Shown one piece after another: positions 42,242 through 50,212 of a DNA stretch of 50,296 bases. Both the position numbers and the translations under genes were made by a program. This DNA comes from Patescibacteria group bacterium (lineage in GTDB: Bacteria > Patescibacteriota > Microgenomatia > Woykebacterales > JBBROZ01). The stretch's first letter is position 1. The number at the start of each line of letters is the position of its first letter. The stretch is from the NCBI GenBank assembly GCA_038228785.1, contig JBBROZ010000001.1:1-50296 (forward strand), given 5' to 3'. The notes beneath the pieces were generated by a model. The model saw nothing but the letters and a program-made list of their open reading frames with translations. It was not told the DNA's origin and searched no databases.

Positions 42242-43969
42242 TCACTGGTGGCTGACATCGTATAGAGAGGTCCATATGACTAGCGTCCCCAAACTACGAA
42301 GATTAAAGACCGATCTAAAGGCGTACCCATCAAGACTCCGGCTACCATTTACCTTCACCGTGTCGATATAACCAGTACCGTCATTATGTGTAGAGATAGA
42401 GCTGATGGCGCCAATTGGGGTGAGGTTTCGGGAAGCCAGAGCGGATAAGATTTGCTGCGGGGTCGAACCACCCTTATCAGGCTGGGTCAGATTATAATCC
42501 GATCCGGTCGTCGAGTTGGTTGATTGGTACAAAATCGCGGCGTTAAATAAATCCTCGGTCTGGGCCTCAGTCAGCCACGGTGAGCCGTTACCCGCCACGG
42601 TTTCGCCCCACGCTTTGTGGTACCAAGGCGAGATCCCGTCATATGGATTGCCGGCCGCATCAAAGTCGCGAACCCGTTTGGTATAGGCCGTGTATCCACC
42701 CCAAACATCTTGGGATGTTCTGGTGTATCCCCCAGCCGTCGATGCATACCAAGCGGTGATCGGAGCTCCCTGGTTGGTAATGACGATGCCCCTAGTCGCA
42801 ATGACAGCCTGTTCCCAGTAACTGCCCTTGTTGGAACCAATATAAACTTGGCAATTTTGGTCAGTACAAATAGACTGTCCCGGCCTGGCCGCGAGCCAGT
42901 TAAGAGCGTAAGTCCTAGCTGCAATCGCTTGGGCTTTGAGCGCCTCCATCCCCCCACTCTCCGGACTGCCCCAATAGGTTGGCATTTCCCCAATCCCCTT
43001 TAGATAGTTGTCTTCGAAAGGGATGTTGCCGTAACCCTGGACTGGAATGCTGTCGGGTTCGGCGTAAGGGCCGATCTGGATATTGGCGAAATAGGCATTT
43101 AGGATCGCGGCGTAGTCCTGCCCCGCTTTAGACCGGCCGTAAGCTCCGTATTGATTCATACCAACCCGGTGCGGATAACCATAAGTAAAAAACGCCCACG
43201 CATTAGCAAACGGGGGCGGGGTCGAGTTGTTAGTCGCCGGAGCATTATCACCAACGGATTGGTTTTGTTGAGAGGCGGCGAGCTTGGCGGCGATGATCGA
43301 CTGCTGTTGGGAGGTTAGGTTGGTGAGGCTTTTAGTGATATCGCTCAGTTGGGACTGATAGGCGCTTTGAGTTCGCTGAAAGACGGCGATCTGATTGGCC
43401 TGGGCGTTTTTGATGGCCTGGATTTGAGCCAACTGGTCAGTCGCCACTCGCGCCTGATCCGCTATCTGCGCCTTGGTCGCCGCCAGGTTCTTGACGGTTG
43501 TGGTGTACTGGGCTATCAGATCTTTGTTTTTATTTATGACCGCCTGCTTCAGTCCAGCGAACTGGGCGGCGTCAGCAAAGGAGTAGGAATCCCCAAAGAT
43601 CAGCTCCCAACCGGCAATGCCGCTTTTGATATACAAGTCCCGCACCCGCGCCCGAAACATCTCTTTGTTCTTATCCAAGATTCCCTGGGCATTTTTTAGA
43701 TCAAGATCAGCCTGCGCTAGCTTGGCCTGAATTTCCCCCACCTGGCGCTGAATCTCGGCCAGCTGAGCCGCGGTCGAGTTAAGGTTCTTGCGCGCGGAGT
43801 CGAGACGAGCTTGCAGAGCTGCTTGTTGCTGTTGAATAATTGTTAGCTGAGAGCTTTGCTGATTAATCTGGTTGGCGCAGTCTTCTTCGGTGGTGCAGCC
43901 CGCCCGAGTCAGATTGACGGAAGTAAGGAGAAAAGTTAAGATCAGGGCCAGGGCAGCGAATTGGCGCAT
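42242..43969 (-). CDS. SpoIID/LytB-domain protein with long N-terminal coiled coil
   Basis: A signal peptide is followed by ~200 aa of Q/A-rich heptad coiled coil. The SpoIID-like core carries ALKAQAIAARTYAL and CTDQNCQVYIG. Confidence 0.75.
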   Translation of the reverse strand: MRQFAALALILTFLLTSVNLTRAGCTTEEDCANQINQQSSQLTIIQQQQAALQARLDSARKNLNSTAAQLAEIQRQVGEIQAKLAQADLDLKNAQGILDKNKEMFRARVRDLYIKSGIAGWELIFGDSYSFADAAQFAGLKQAVINKNKDLIAQYTTTVKNLAATKAQIADQARVATDQLAQIQAIKNAQANQIAVFQRTQSAYQSQLSDITKSLTNLTSQQQSIIAAKLAASQQNQSVGDNAPATNNSTPPPFANAWAFFTYGYPHRVGMNQYGAYGRSKAGQDYAAILNAYFANIQIGPYAEPDSIPVQGYGNIPFEDNYLKGIGEMPTYWGSPESGGMEALKAQAIAARTYALNWLAARPGQSICTDQNCQVYIGSNKGSYWEQAVIATRGIVITNQGAPITAWYASTAGGYTRTSQDVWGGYTAYTKRVRDFDAAGNPYDGISPWYHKAWGETVAGNGSPWLTEAQTEDLFNAAILYQSTNSTTGSDYNLTQPDKGGSTPQQILSALASRNLTPIGAISSISTHNDGTGYIDTVKVNGSRSLDGYAFRSVFNLRSLGTLVIWTSLYDVSHQ

Positions 43970-44014
43970 TAGTATAGGAATTTTAACACGCGCCTGGTAG
44001 CTGCTTTTTGTTTT

Positions 44015-44692
44015 ATGAAAATAATTCAGACATTTTTATTGATGTTTTTTCTATTCCCTGTAGCAGGTTTATTCCAGCTCGCTCCTACTTACGGGGTTGA
44101 AGGCGGAACTTGTCAGGTTGCTCCAGAAAATGGAACTATAACAAGTGATCAGTGCGACAAGGCTGCTGGATACTCCTGTCAAACAAAACTTACTCAAGCT
44201 GAAATACCTTACTTTACAGGAAAATGTATGCCCAAAATTATTAACGGAAGTTGTTCTTTGAACAGTGACTGTGGAACTACTCAGTGCTGCAATAGCAACG
44301 TTTGCGGTAGTTGCCCCAGTGGCGGGGGAAGTAGCAGTCATGGTGGTGGGTTTGGGTCTCCGAACCTTTGCAAAGACGGTACCCACGGTGTAGATACGGA
44401 TTTCGGCTGTATTCCATCAGACCCCGCTAAACTTGCAAATGTGATCTTCGGCTTAGTTTTAGGATTCGCTGGAGGACTGGCGGTCCTGTTTATTATCATC
44501 GGAGGGTTCAAAATCGCTACTAGTGCTGGGAACCCCGACTCCTTAGAGGATGGCCGCCACACTATCACCGCCGCCATCTCTGGCCTCGTGTTTATCTTGC
44601 TGGCGACCACCATCCTTGGTATAATCGGGGTCGATATACTGAATCTGGGACTGTTCTCCCGCAATGGCGGGAGCGTCATTATTTCCCATTGA
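44015..44692 (+). CDS. TrbC/VirB2-like pilin paralog 1 with a 12-Cys N-terminal extracellular domain
   Basis: A signal peptide is followed by 12 Cys between residues 33 and 132 and a Gly/Ser linker. The C-terminal two-helix module GGLAVLFIIIGGFKIATSAGNPDSLEDGRHTITAAISGLVFILLA is homologous to the next two genes. Confidence 0.65.
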   Translation: MKIIQTFLLMFFLFPVAGLFQLAPTYGVEGGTCQVAPENGTITSDQCDKAAGYSCQTKLTQAEIPYFTGKCMPKIINGSCSLNSDCGTTQCCNSNVCGSCPSGGGSSSHGGGFGSPNLCKDGTHGVDTDFGCIPSDPAKLANVIFGLVLGFAGGLAVLFIIIGGFKIATSAGNPDSLEDGRHTITAAISGLVFILLATTILGIIGVDILNLGLFSRNGGSVIISH

Positions 44693-44708
44693 GAGGGGGT
44701 GACCTAGC

Positions 44709-45077
44709 TTGAAACTCATTAAATCTTCAATCGCCACCTTATCCTACTTAGCCACCGCATCTTTTGCTCGCGCTGAGGCTATAACATCGCCTGTTTCGAC
44801 CAATTTAACCGATGTCGGAGGTATTTTTAACAAAATCTTTACCTTCCTCATCGCCATCGTTGGTGGATTGGCTATTATCTTCATTGTAATCGGCGGAATC
44901 CGCTACATCATCGCTGCCGGAGATCCCAAAGCCACTGACGCTGCTAAGCACACTATAACTGCAGCTTTAGTTGGACTGATCGTGGCTCTACTAGCTGTCG
45001 CCATCGTAGTAATCGTTGGAAACTTACTTGGTACTTCCAATCTGAATAATCCAGGAACCGCACCATCAGCCAAGTAA
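44709..45077 (+). CDS. TrbC/VirB2-like pilin paralog 2
   Basis: TTG start with GGGGGTGA upstream. A signal peptide ending ARA-EA is followed by the two hydrophobic helices flanking GGIRYIIAAGDPKATDAAKHTITAA. Confidence 0.7.
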   Translation: MKLIKSSIATLSYLATASFARAEAITSPVSTNLTDVGGIFNKIFTFLIAIVGGLAIIFIVIGGIRYIIAAGDPKATDAAKHTITAALVGLIVALLAVAIVVIVGNLLGTSNLNNPGTAPSAK

Positions 45078-45104
45078 AGTATCTAATCAAGGTACGTAAC
45101 TTCT

Positions 45105-45137
45105 CTAGCGGGCGCAAGCCCGCTAGTTTGGTATAAT
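45105..45137 (+). promoter_or_regulatory. Hairpin (attenuator/terminator) followed by an extended -10 promoter for pilin 3
   Basis: CTAGCGGGC-GCAA-GCCCGCTAG (9 bp with a GNRA loop, 45105-45126) is followed by TTTG and TG-G-TATAAT (45129-45137). The ATG at 45145 lies 7 nt after the -10 box. Confidence 0.55.
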
Positions 45138-45144
45138 TTTATAA

Positions 45145-45519
45145 ATGTTTAAGAAGATTTTTCTTGTTTCCTCCTTGCTCCCTATCTTGGCTAGTCCGGT
45201 TATGGCCGAGGGCCAAATTACCGGGACCAACTTGACGGAGCTGGGAACGGTCCTGAACCGGCTTATCACCTTCTTATTCGGAATTGTTGGAGGGATCGCT
45301 ATTATTCTGATTGTGGTTGGGGGGATTAAATACATCATTGCCGGCGGCGATCCCAAAGCTACTCAGGGAGCGAAACAGACCATTCAATTTGCTATCCTAG
45401 GACTAATAATCGTCTTACTGGCGGTGGTAATCGTGAATATTATTGGAAACACTTTTGGAGTGAAAGATCTGACCATAATTAAATTCGGTACTTCTCAACC
45501 TTCCGATTTCCAGAACTAA
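45145..45519 (+). CDS. TrbC/VirB2-like pilin paralog 3
   Basis: A signal peptide ending VMA-EG is followed by the two hydrophobic helices flanking GGIKYIIAGGDPKATQGAKQTIQFA. Confidence 0.7.
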   Translation: MFKKIFLVSSLLPILASPVMAEGQITGTNLTELGTVLNRLITFLFGIVGGIAIILIVVGGIKYIIAGGDPKATQGAKQTIQFAILGLIIVLLAVVIVNIIGNTFGVKDLTIIKFGTSQPSDFQN

Positions 45520-45523
45520 CTCT

Positions 45524-46255
45524 CTAGGGGTAAACCCCGCGCACCGATCCGAACCGGACATTAATCCAACTCATATCCTCTACCCCCTTAGATTTAAACC
45601 AATCTAGCGCTGCTTGCTTGCTGTCATTATAAGGATTCTTTTTTAGAGTGACATAGAAAAGATCCTGATCGGATAAATATTGAACCGAGAAGGAGGCACT
45701 ATCATAAGGCATGCTTCCCAATAAATTAATGAGTGCTTGGCCTTTTCGTCCTTCAAGCGTGCCCGCTGCCTGATCAGCCTGTTTTTTAATTGCCAGATCT
45801 TGCTCCCTCTGTAAGGCGAACTTTTCCGAAGCGTCAAGAACGTCGTAAGTCTTGACGGTAAAGGACAAGACAACACTGTCCCCCTCTCGTCCGCTCTCAC
45901 TAATTGGCTTGATTAAACTAAAAACATAACTTTGTCCAAAATCTAGGTGTCGGTTAGGCACAAATTCAAACACCTTTCCTTGAATAAAAATCTGGCCTGC
46001 TGCAGCCGGCAAAATGGAGTACTTGGACCGATTAGAGCTAGAGATATTTTTATCAAATGTGACTCGGATCGTAGTGGTGGGAGTAACCGCTTTTTGACTA
46101 TTAGAGGGAACAGCCGACACGACTTTTGGAGGGAATAGCGATAGGAAGAAGCCTAAAACCAGACTCCCAACGACAGCAATTAACGCCGCAGCTAGTACCC
46201 CAAAAATTATTTTCGGGAAAAGACTTTTTAGTTTAGAAAGATCTAGTTCATTCAT
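45524..46255 (-). CDS. Single-TM protein with Ig-like (SbsA/Big-type) ectodomain
   Basis: An N-terminal TM helix is followed by TTTIRVTFDKNISS, a beta-sandwich-like segment. The start overlaps the upstream hydrolase stop by 4 nt. Confidence 0.5.
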   Translation of the reverse strand: MNELDLSKLKSLFPKIIFGVLAAALIAVVGSLVLGFFLSLFPPKVVSAVPSNSQKAVTPTTTIRVTFDKNISSSNRSKYSILPAAAGQIFIQGKVFEFVPNRHLDFGQSYVFSLIKPISESGREGDSVVLSFTVKTYDVLDASEKFALQREQDLAIKKQADQAAGTLEGRKGQALINLLGSMPYDSASFSVQYLSDQDLFYVTLKKNPYNDSKQAALDWFKSKGVEDMSWINVRFGSVRGVYP

Positions 46256-48564
46256 TTAGAGGGTGCCCTAATAATACCGACTTGTTGTAGTTTGGTGCCA
46301 CTGGGAGAAAATGGCGCGTCGAAAACGTTGCCATTTCTAGCGTAGCTTCTAGTGTCGTAATCGCTACCGGTCAGAAATACACTTGTTGCGCTGGTTAGAA
46401 CGACGATGTCGACGTGCCCAGGTCCCCCGTCGGGACTGTCTGGATCCCTGAAAACAACGACGTCGCCCGGCTTCGGCTCAACGGAGTAGCCCGGGAAAAC
46501 CGTGTACCCTTTGCGTGGAGCATCCCGGTAAAAGTCGACGGCCTGACTGCTACCAATAGTTGGATACTGCGCCGCTGCCAATACACTATCAACGTATAGC
46601 CCGCACCATCCGGAATAGCTTTGGTTGGTCTTATCTACTTTGGCGATGGCCGCCACAATGGCCGAGTTTCCGGGTAATCCTAAGCTAGCGTAGGTTCGGT
46701 AAAACCTGAGCACCTGATCGCAGTAGTCACCGCCGCAGGAGGCTGAATCACAGCTGCCACAGTATTTTCGGGCCACCTGGCGTACGGTCCCCTCACTCCA
46801 AGCGGCACACTCGGAGGAACCGGTGCCACTATTAGCTTTTATCTTAAGGGCAGCGGCGTAAATTGCGTCTTGAACATTACATCGATCCGGTTCATGCCCA
46901 AGTTGAGCTCTGAGTTGGTCAACGTAGCCAGCGAAGGTTCCGGCCTCAAACTGCATCGCTCCTCTAACGTCAGCATTAGGGTCATCACAATGAATCTGAG
47001 TGCACGTGTTGTAACAATACCCGCCTGTAGGTGCTGGCCCCAACTCAGTTTGGGAAGCGCCGTTCCACCACCCTGGCGTACTAAACTTCGTCACCTGATC
47101 GTCAGTGTAACTGAAAGTACCGGAAGCCTCGCGCTCGGCGATCGCTAATAGCATGGCGGGGGGAACACAATTTTTACTGGCTGCGTCATTAAAAAACCCT
47201 ACCAGTTTCTGGCTTTTAATGTTAAATAAACCTGGTGGGATAGTAGCGCCAGCAGCCTGGGAACCAAGTCCTTGGAATATCGGTATAAAAACAATCATTA
47301 CCAATATCACTCCGATGATTACCAAACCAATGGTTGATCCTAACACTGGGGCCACGATTGCCATAAAGGCCGAGGCCAGCATTCGACTTGCAAACCTAGC
47401 CGCCACTACCGTGAGCTTGCCGGCAAATTTAAAGCCAACCTTAGTAAGACTGCCTACTCCTTTTTGTAAACCTAAACCAATTTTACTAGTGGCGAAATGA
47501 ACTGCCTTGCCGGCGAAGCCCTGCTTAAAAAGCCACTTGTTAAATTTTCCGCCTAGATTAAATCCGATATTGCGACCGAAGAACTTACTCCGACCCCAGA
47601 TAAGCTTGCCAGCCAACCTAAAAGGCAGACCGATCACGAAGCCAAGCGGGTCCTGATCGATTTGTTTGAATATTCCGTAACCACCGCTGATAACCCCACC
47701 CGCCCTAATTAATAAGTTTCGACTTACTAGATTACGGCTCACCGTTGCCGTCAGTCGATCAAAATGGTTGGTCCTCTTATCCGGGTCTAAATGTCGTTCC
47801 TTAAATTTGTCTATCAATAATTTACCAAGTCGGTCTTTTTTAGCTTGGATCTCTAGTCTGGCCGACGGGGAAAGCGCCGGGTTTTTGAGATCGGTCTTGG
47901 CTTGGGCATAAGCCTGACGGGTTTGGTAATTTAGGAAGTGCTCTAAGTAACCCGCCTCTTCTCGTTTAGTAAAAAATGGGATCTCGGGGTGATCACCAAT
48001 GTTGGCTTGTTTTAGGATCTCCCCCGCTGAAGAAGCTAGAGCGGTCTTTCGTAGACTGCTAAAGGTTTTGCGGGGGTTAAAGAGATTAGCGTTGTAAGTT
48101 TTAACCCCGTATATACCCACGCCCTCAATCGGCGAGTCGCCTCTTTTAATGCGAGCGGCATTCTCTTTGGCTTGCTCAGCTTCTCGCCAGGGTTTATAGC
48201 TTTTGACGTAATCGGTTAGATTCTCAATCTGCAAGTCCTTGGCAGTTTGGCTGTCCCCCAGATCAGTTAGACTTTTGGTGAGATAGTCATGATCCATTTG
48301 GTAAATTTTTTCTTCCTTACCAAATCTTTTTAGGACTCCGCGCCCGACTAGCTCACTCTTGAATCCCTCGAAAACATCTTCGCTGTAACGAAACGCGTTT
48401 TCAGCGATCCCTTGGCCCAGCAAAGCGGCCTGATCGGGAGGTAGTCTGTAGGGAGGAACGTAGTCTGATTTTTTCTTTTTGGGAGAACCGAAATTAGGAC
48501 GACCGACACTGCCGCCTGATAGAAAGTTTGAAAGTAAAGATCCTTCGGGAGGACGTTCTGCCAT
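46252..48564 (-). CDS. Membrane-anchored bifunctional peptidoglycan hydrolase (SLT-like lytic transglycosylase + CHAP/NlpC-type domain)
   Basis: The SLT-like signatures are AMLLAIAEREAS and RGAMQFEAGTF (nt ~46950-47170). The CHAP-like signatures are the Cys in GWCGLYVDS and the His in GPGHVDIVV (nt ~46400-46620). A hydrophobic block lies at ~47270-47350, and several Cys clusters are present. Confidence 0.75.
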   Translation of the reverse strand: MAERPPEGSLLSNFLSGGSVGRPNFGSPKKKKSDYVPPYRLPPDQAALLGQGIAENAFRYSEDVFEGFKSELVGRGVLKRFGKEEKIYQMDHDYLTKSLTDLGDSQTAKDLQIENLTDYVKSYKPWREAEQAKENAARIKRGDSPIEGVGIYGVKTYNANLFNPRKTFSSLRKTALASSAGEILKQANIGDHPEIPFFTKREEAGYLEHFLNYQTRQAYAQAKTDLKNPALSPSARLEIQAKKDRLGKLLIDKFKERHLDPDKRTNHFDRLTATVSRNLVSRNLLIRAGGVISGGYGIFKQIDQDPLGFVIGLPFRLAGKLIWGRSKFFGRNIGFNLGGKFNKWLFKQGFAGKAVHFATSKIGLGLQKGVGSLTKVGFKFAGKLTVVAARFASRMLASAFMAIVAPVLGSTIGLVIIGVILVMIVFIPIFQGLGSQAAGATIPPGLFNIKSQKLVGFFNDAASKNCVPPAMLLAIAEREASGTFSYTDDQVTKFSTPGWWNGASQTELGPAPTGGYCYNTCTQIHCDDPNADVRGAMQFEAGTFAGYVDQLRAQLGHEPDRCNVQDAIYAAALKIKANSGTGSSECAAWSEGTVRQVARKYCGSCDSASCGGDYCDQVLRFYRTYASLGLPGNSAIVAAIAKVDKTNQSYSGWCGLYVDSVLAAAQYPTIGSSQAVDFYRDAPRKGYTVFPGYSVEPKPGDVVVFRDPDSPDGGPGHVDIVVLTSATSVFLTGSDYDTRSYARNGNVFDAPFSPSGTKLQQVGIIRAPSK

Positions 48565-48634
48565 AAAAACCCTTCTCGGGACATTTTAACAGAAGTTGCT
48601 GGGGCCAGGGAGGGTATGATAATCTGATTCCAGC

Positions 48635-50152
48635 ATGCGTGTCCTGTCTAATTTCTTTTTGGGGGCTATTCTATCGGTTGGGCTAATCGTTTTAACCGCG
48701 GCTGTTACTAGCTTTCTCTCCAACCACAATCAATTAGTAACCAGCGCCTCAGCCGTTGACTGTAGCAATGCTAGCTCAGGTGTCGGCTGTAATGTTGGTT
48801 GCGTCGTAGTCGGCGGTAAGAATATGAAATGTCACACCGCGGGCTTAGATAGCGCTGGAACGTGCGCTTGCCCGGGAACTTTTGATTGTGTGTCGGACCC
48901 ATCCTGTCCTCAAGCCGCAGCGACCACTACTCCAACCTCAGCCACCAATAACGCAGACGTAGTTAGTAAATTAAGCAACGTCACCAATTTTTTTACCGAT
49001 GGCTTGGGAGACTTGATTTCCAATATCGTAAAAAAGATCATGGAAACCTTTCTCACAATACTGGGCGGAAAGCAACAAGCCTACGCGCCGGGGCATACCC
49101 CTAAAAACATCGCTGATGCCTATGAAAACTACGGGGCCGTGGGAGCTTTGGGCCTGTCAATTCAGGATATGTATCAAAATCCTCCCATCCATACTTCAGA
49201 TTATCTAGCTTCTTTACACATTCTTCCCCAAGCTTACGCCACCAATACCCCGAGCGGACGGGAGGTTCTGGAGGGGGTTGGAGGGAATGTGGCCCCGACT
49301 GGGTTTTTCTGGAAAGCGACTAGAAATCTTGCCTATATCTTCTTTGTCCTCATCTTAATGGCCGTTGGGCTGATGATTTTGTTTAGATCTAAGATTGATC
49401 CGCGCACGACGGTCAGTGTCACAGCAGCTATTCCAAATCTGATCGTGGCTATGGTGCTCATAACCTTTAGTTTGGCAATTGCCGGCTTGCTTATTGACGC
49501 CGGTAAACTCCTAGAGGAAGTCGTCAAAAATATTATAAACGGGGCGGTTACCAATAACCAACCACTAGTTCACCCAGGACCAAATGGCAATCAGGTTGGG
49601 CTGTCAGTAGGGGATATTTGGGGTAATTTTCTATTAAATAACAACAACCCTGTCTCTTTTGGAGATGGGCCAATAACTGGGATTGTTAGTACATTTATCA
49701 ATCTAGTCGTGCTAGCCTTTGCCTTCTTTGTGGGAATTCAAGTTTTCTTGATGCTCTTGTTCCGGTACATCAATTTGATTGTTAAACCGGTCTTTGCACC
49801 TTTTGTTTTCCTGGTTGGTGCTTTACCCGGAAAAGGGGACACTACTTGGGGCTGGTTTAAGTCGTATTTAGTTGATGTGCTGACTTTCCCAATCGTTCTT
49901 TTTATCCTGAATCTAGCCTCAGCGATTAAGCAATCTGGAGTTATCGGCAAAGAGGGCGATGCTTTTGGTATCTTCGCTCACAATGCCAACCTAACCTCAA
50001 TCGTGGCGATCGGAGTACTAATATTCGCAACCAAAGTTCCAGCCTTTCTAGAGGAAGCTTTCGATACGAAGCCTTCGAGCCATGTCGATAAGTCGGGATC
50101 CCAGCCCGGCAGTATGGCTAAGCAAATTCCAATTCTCAAAAACTTCCTATAA
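48635..50152 (+). CDS. Polytopic membrane protein, VirB6/TrbL-like, with Cys-rich N-terminal ectodomain
   Basis: The 505-aa product has a signal/TM helix and 8 Cys in residues 43-91, followed by about six TM helices separated by loops. The family call rests on architecture and context only. Confidence 0.55.
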   Translation: MRVLSNFFLGAILSVGLIVLTAAVTSFLSNHNQLVTSASAVDCSNASSGVGCNVGCVVVGGKNMKCHTAGLDSAGTCACPGTFDCVSDPSCPQAAATTTPTSATNNADVVSKLSNVTNFFTDGLGDLISNIVKKIMETFLTILGGKQQAYAPGHTPKNIADAYENYGAVGALGLSIQDMYQNPPIHTSDYLASLHILPQAYATNTPSGREVLEGVGGNVAPTGFFWKATRNLAYIFFVLILMAVGLMILFRSKIDPRTTVSVTAAIPNLIVAMVLITFSLAIAGLLIDAGKLLEEVVKNIINGAVTNNQPLVHPGPNGNQVGLSVGDIWGNFLLNNNNPVSFGDGPITGIVSTFINLVVLAFAFFVGIQVFLMLLFRYINLIVKPVFAPFVFLVGALPGKGDTTWGWFKSYLVDVLTFPIVLFILNLASAIKQSGVIGKEGDAFGIFAHNANLTSIVAIGVLIFATKVPAFLEEAFDTKPSSHVDKSGSQPGSMAKQIPILKNFL

Positions 50153-50159
50153 AAAGATT

Positions 50160-50196
50160 AAGGGGAGGTTCATTCTTTCGAATAAAACCTCCCCTT
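50160..50196. terminator. Strong hairpin between convergent genes
   Basis: AAGGGGAGGTT (50160-50170) pairs with AACCTCCCCTT (50186-50196), giving 11 bp and a 15-nt loop. Only the minus-strand side has a T-run (TCTTTTTAT). Confidence 0.55.
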
Positions 50197-50212
50197 GGGG
50201 TAACTCTCCTTT

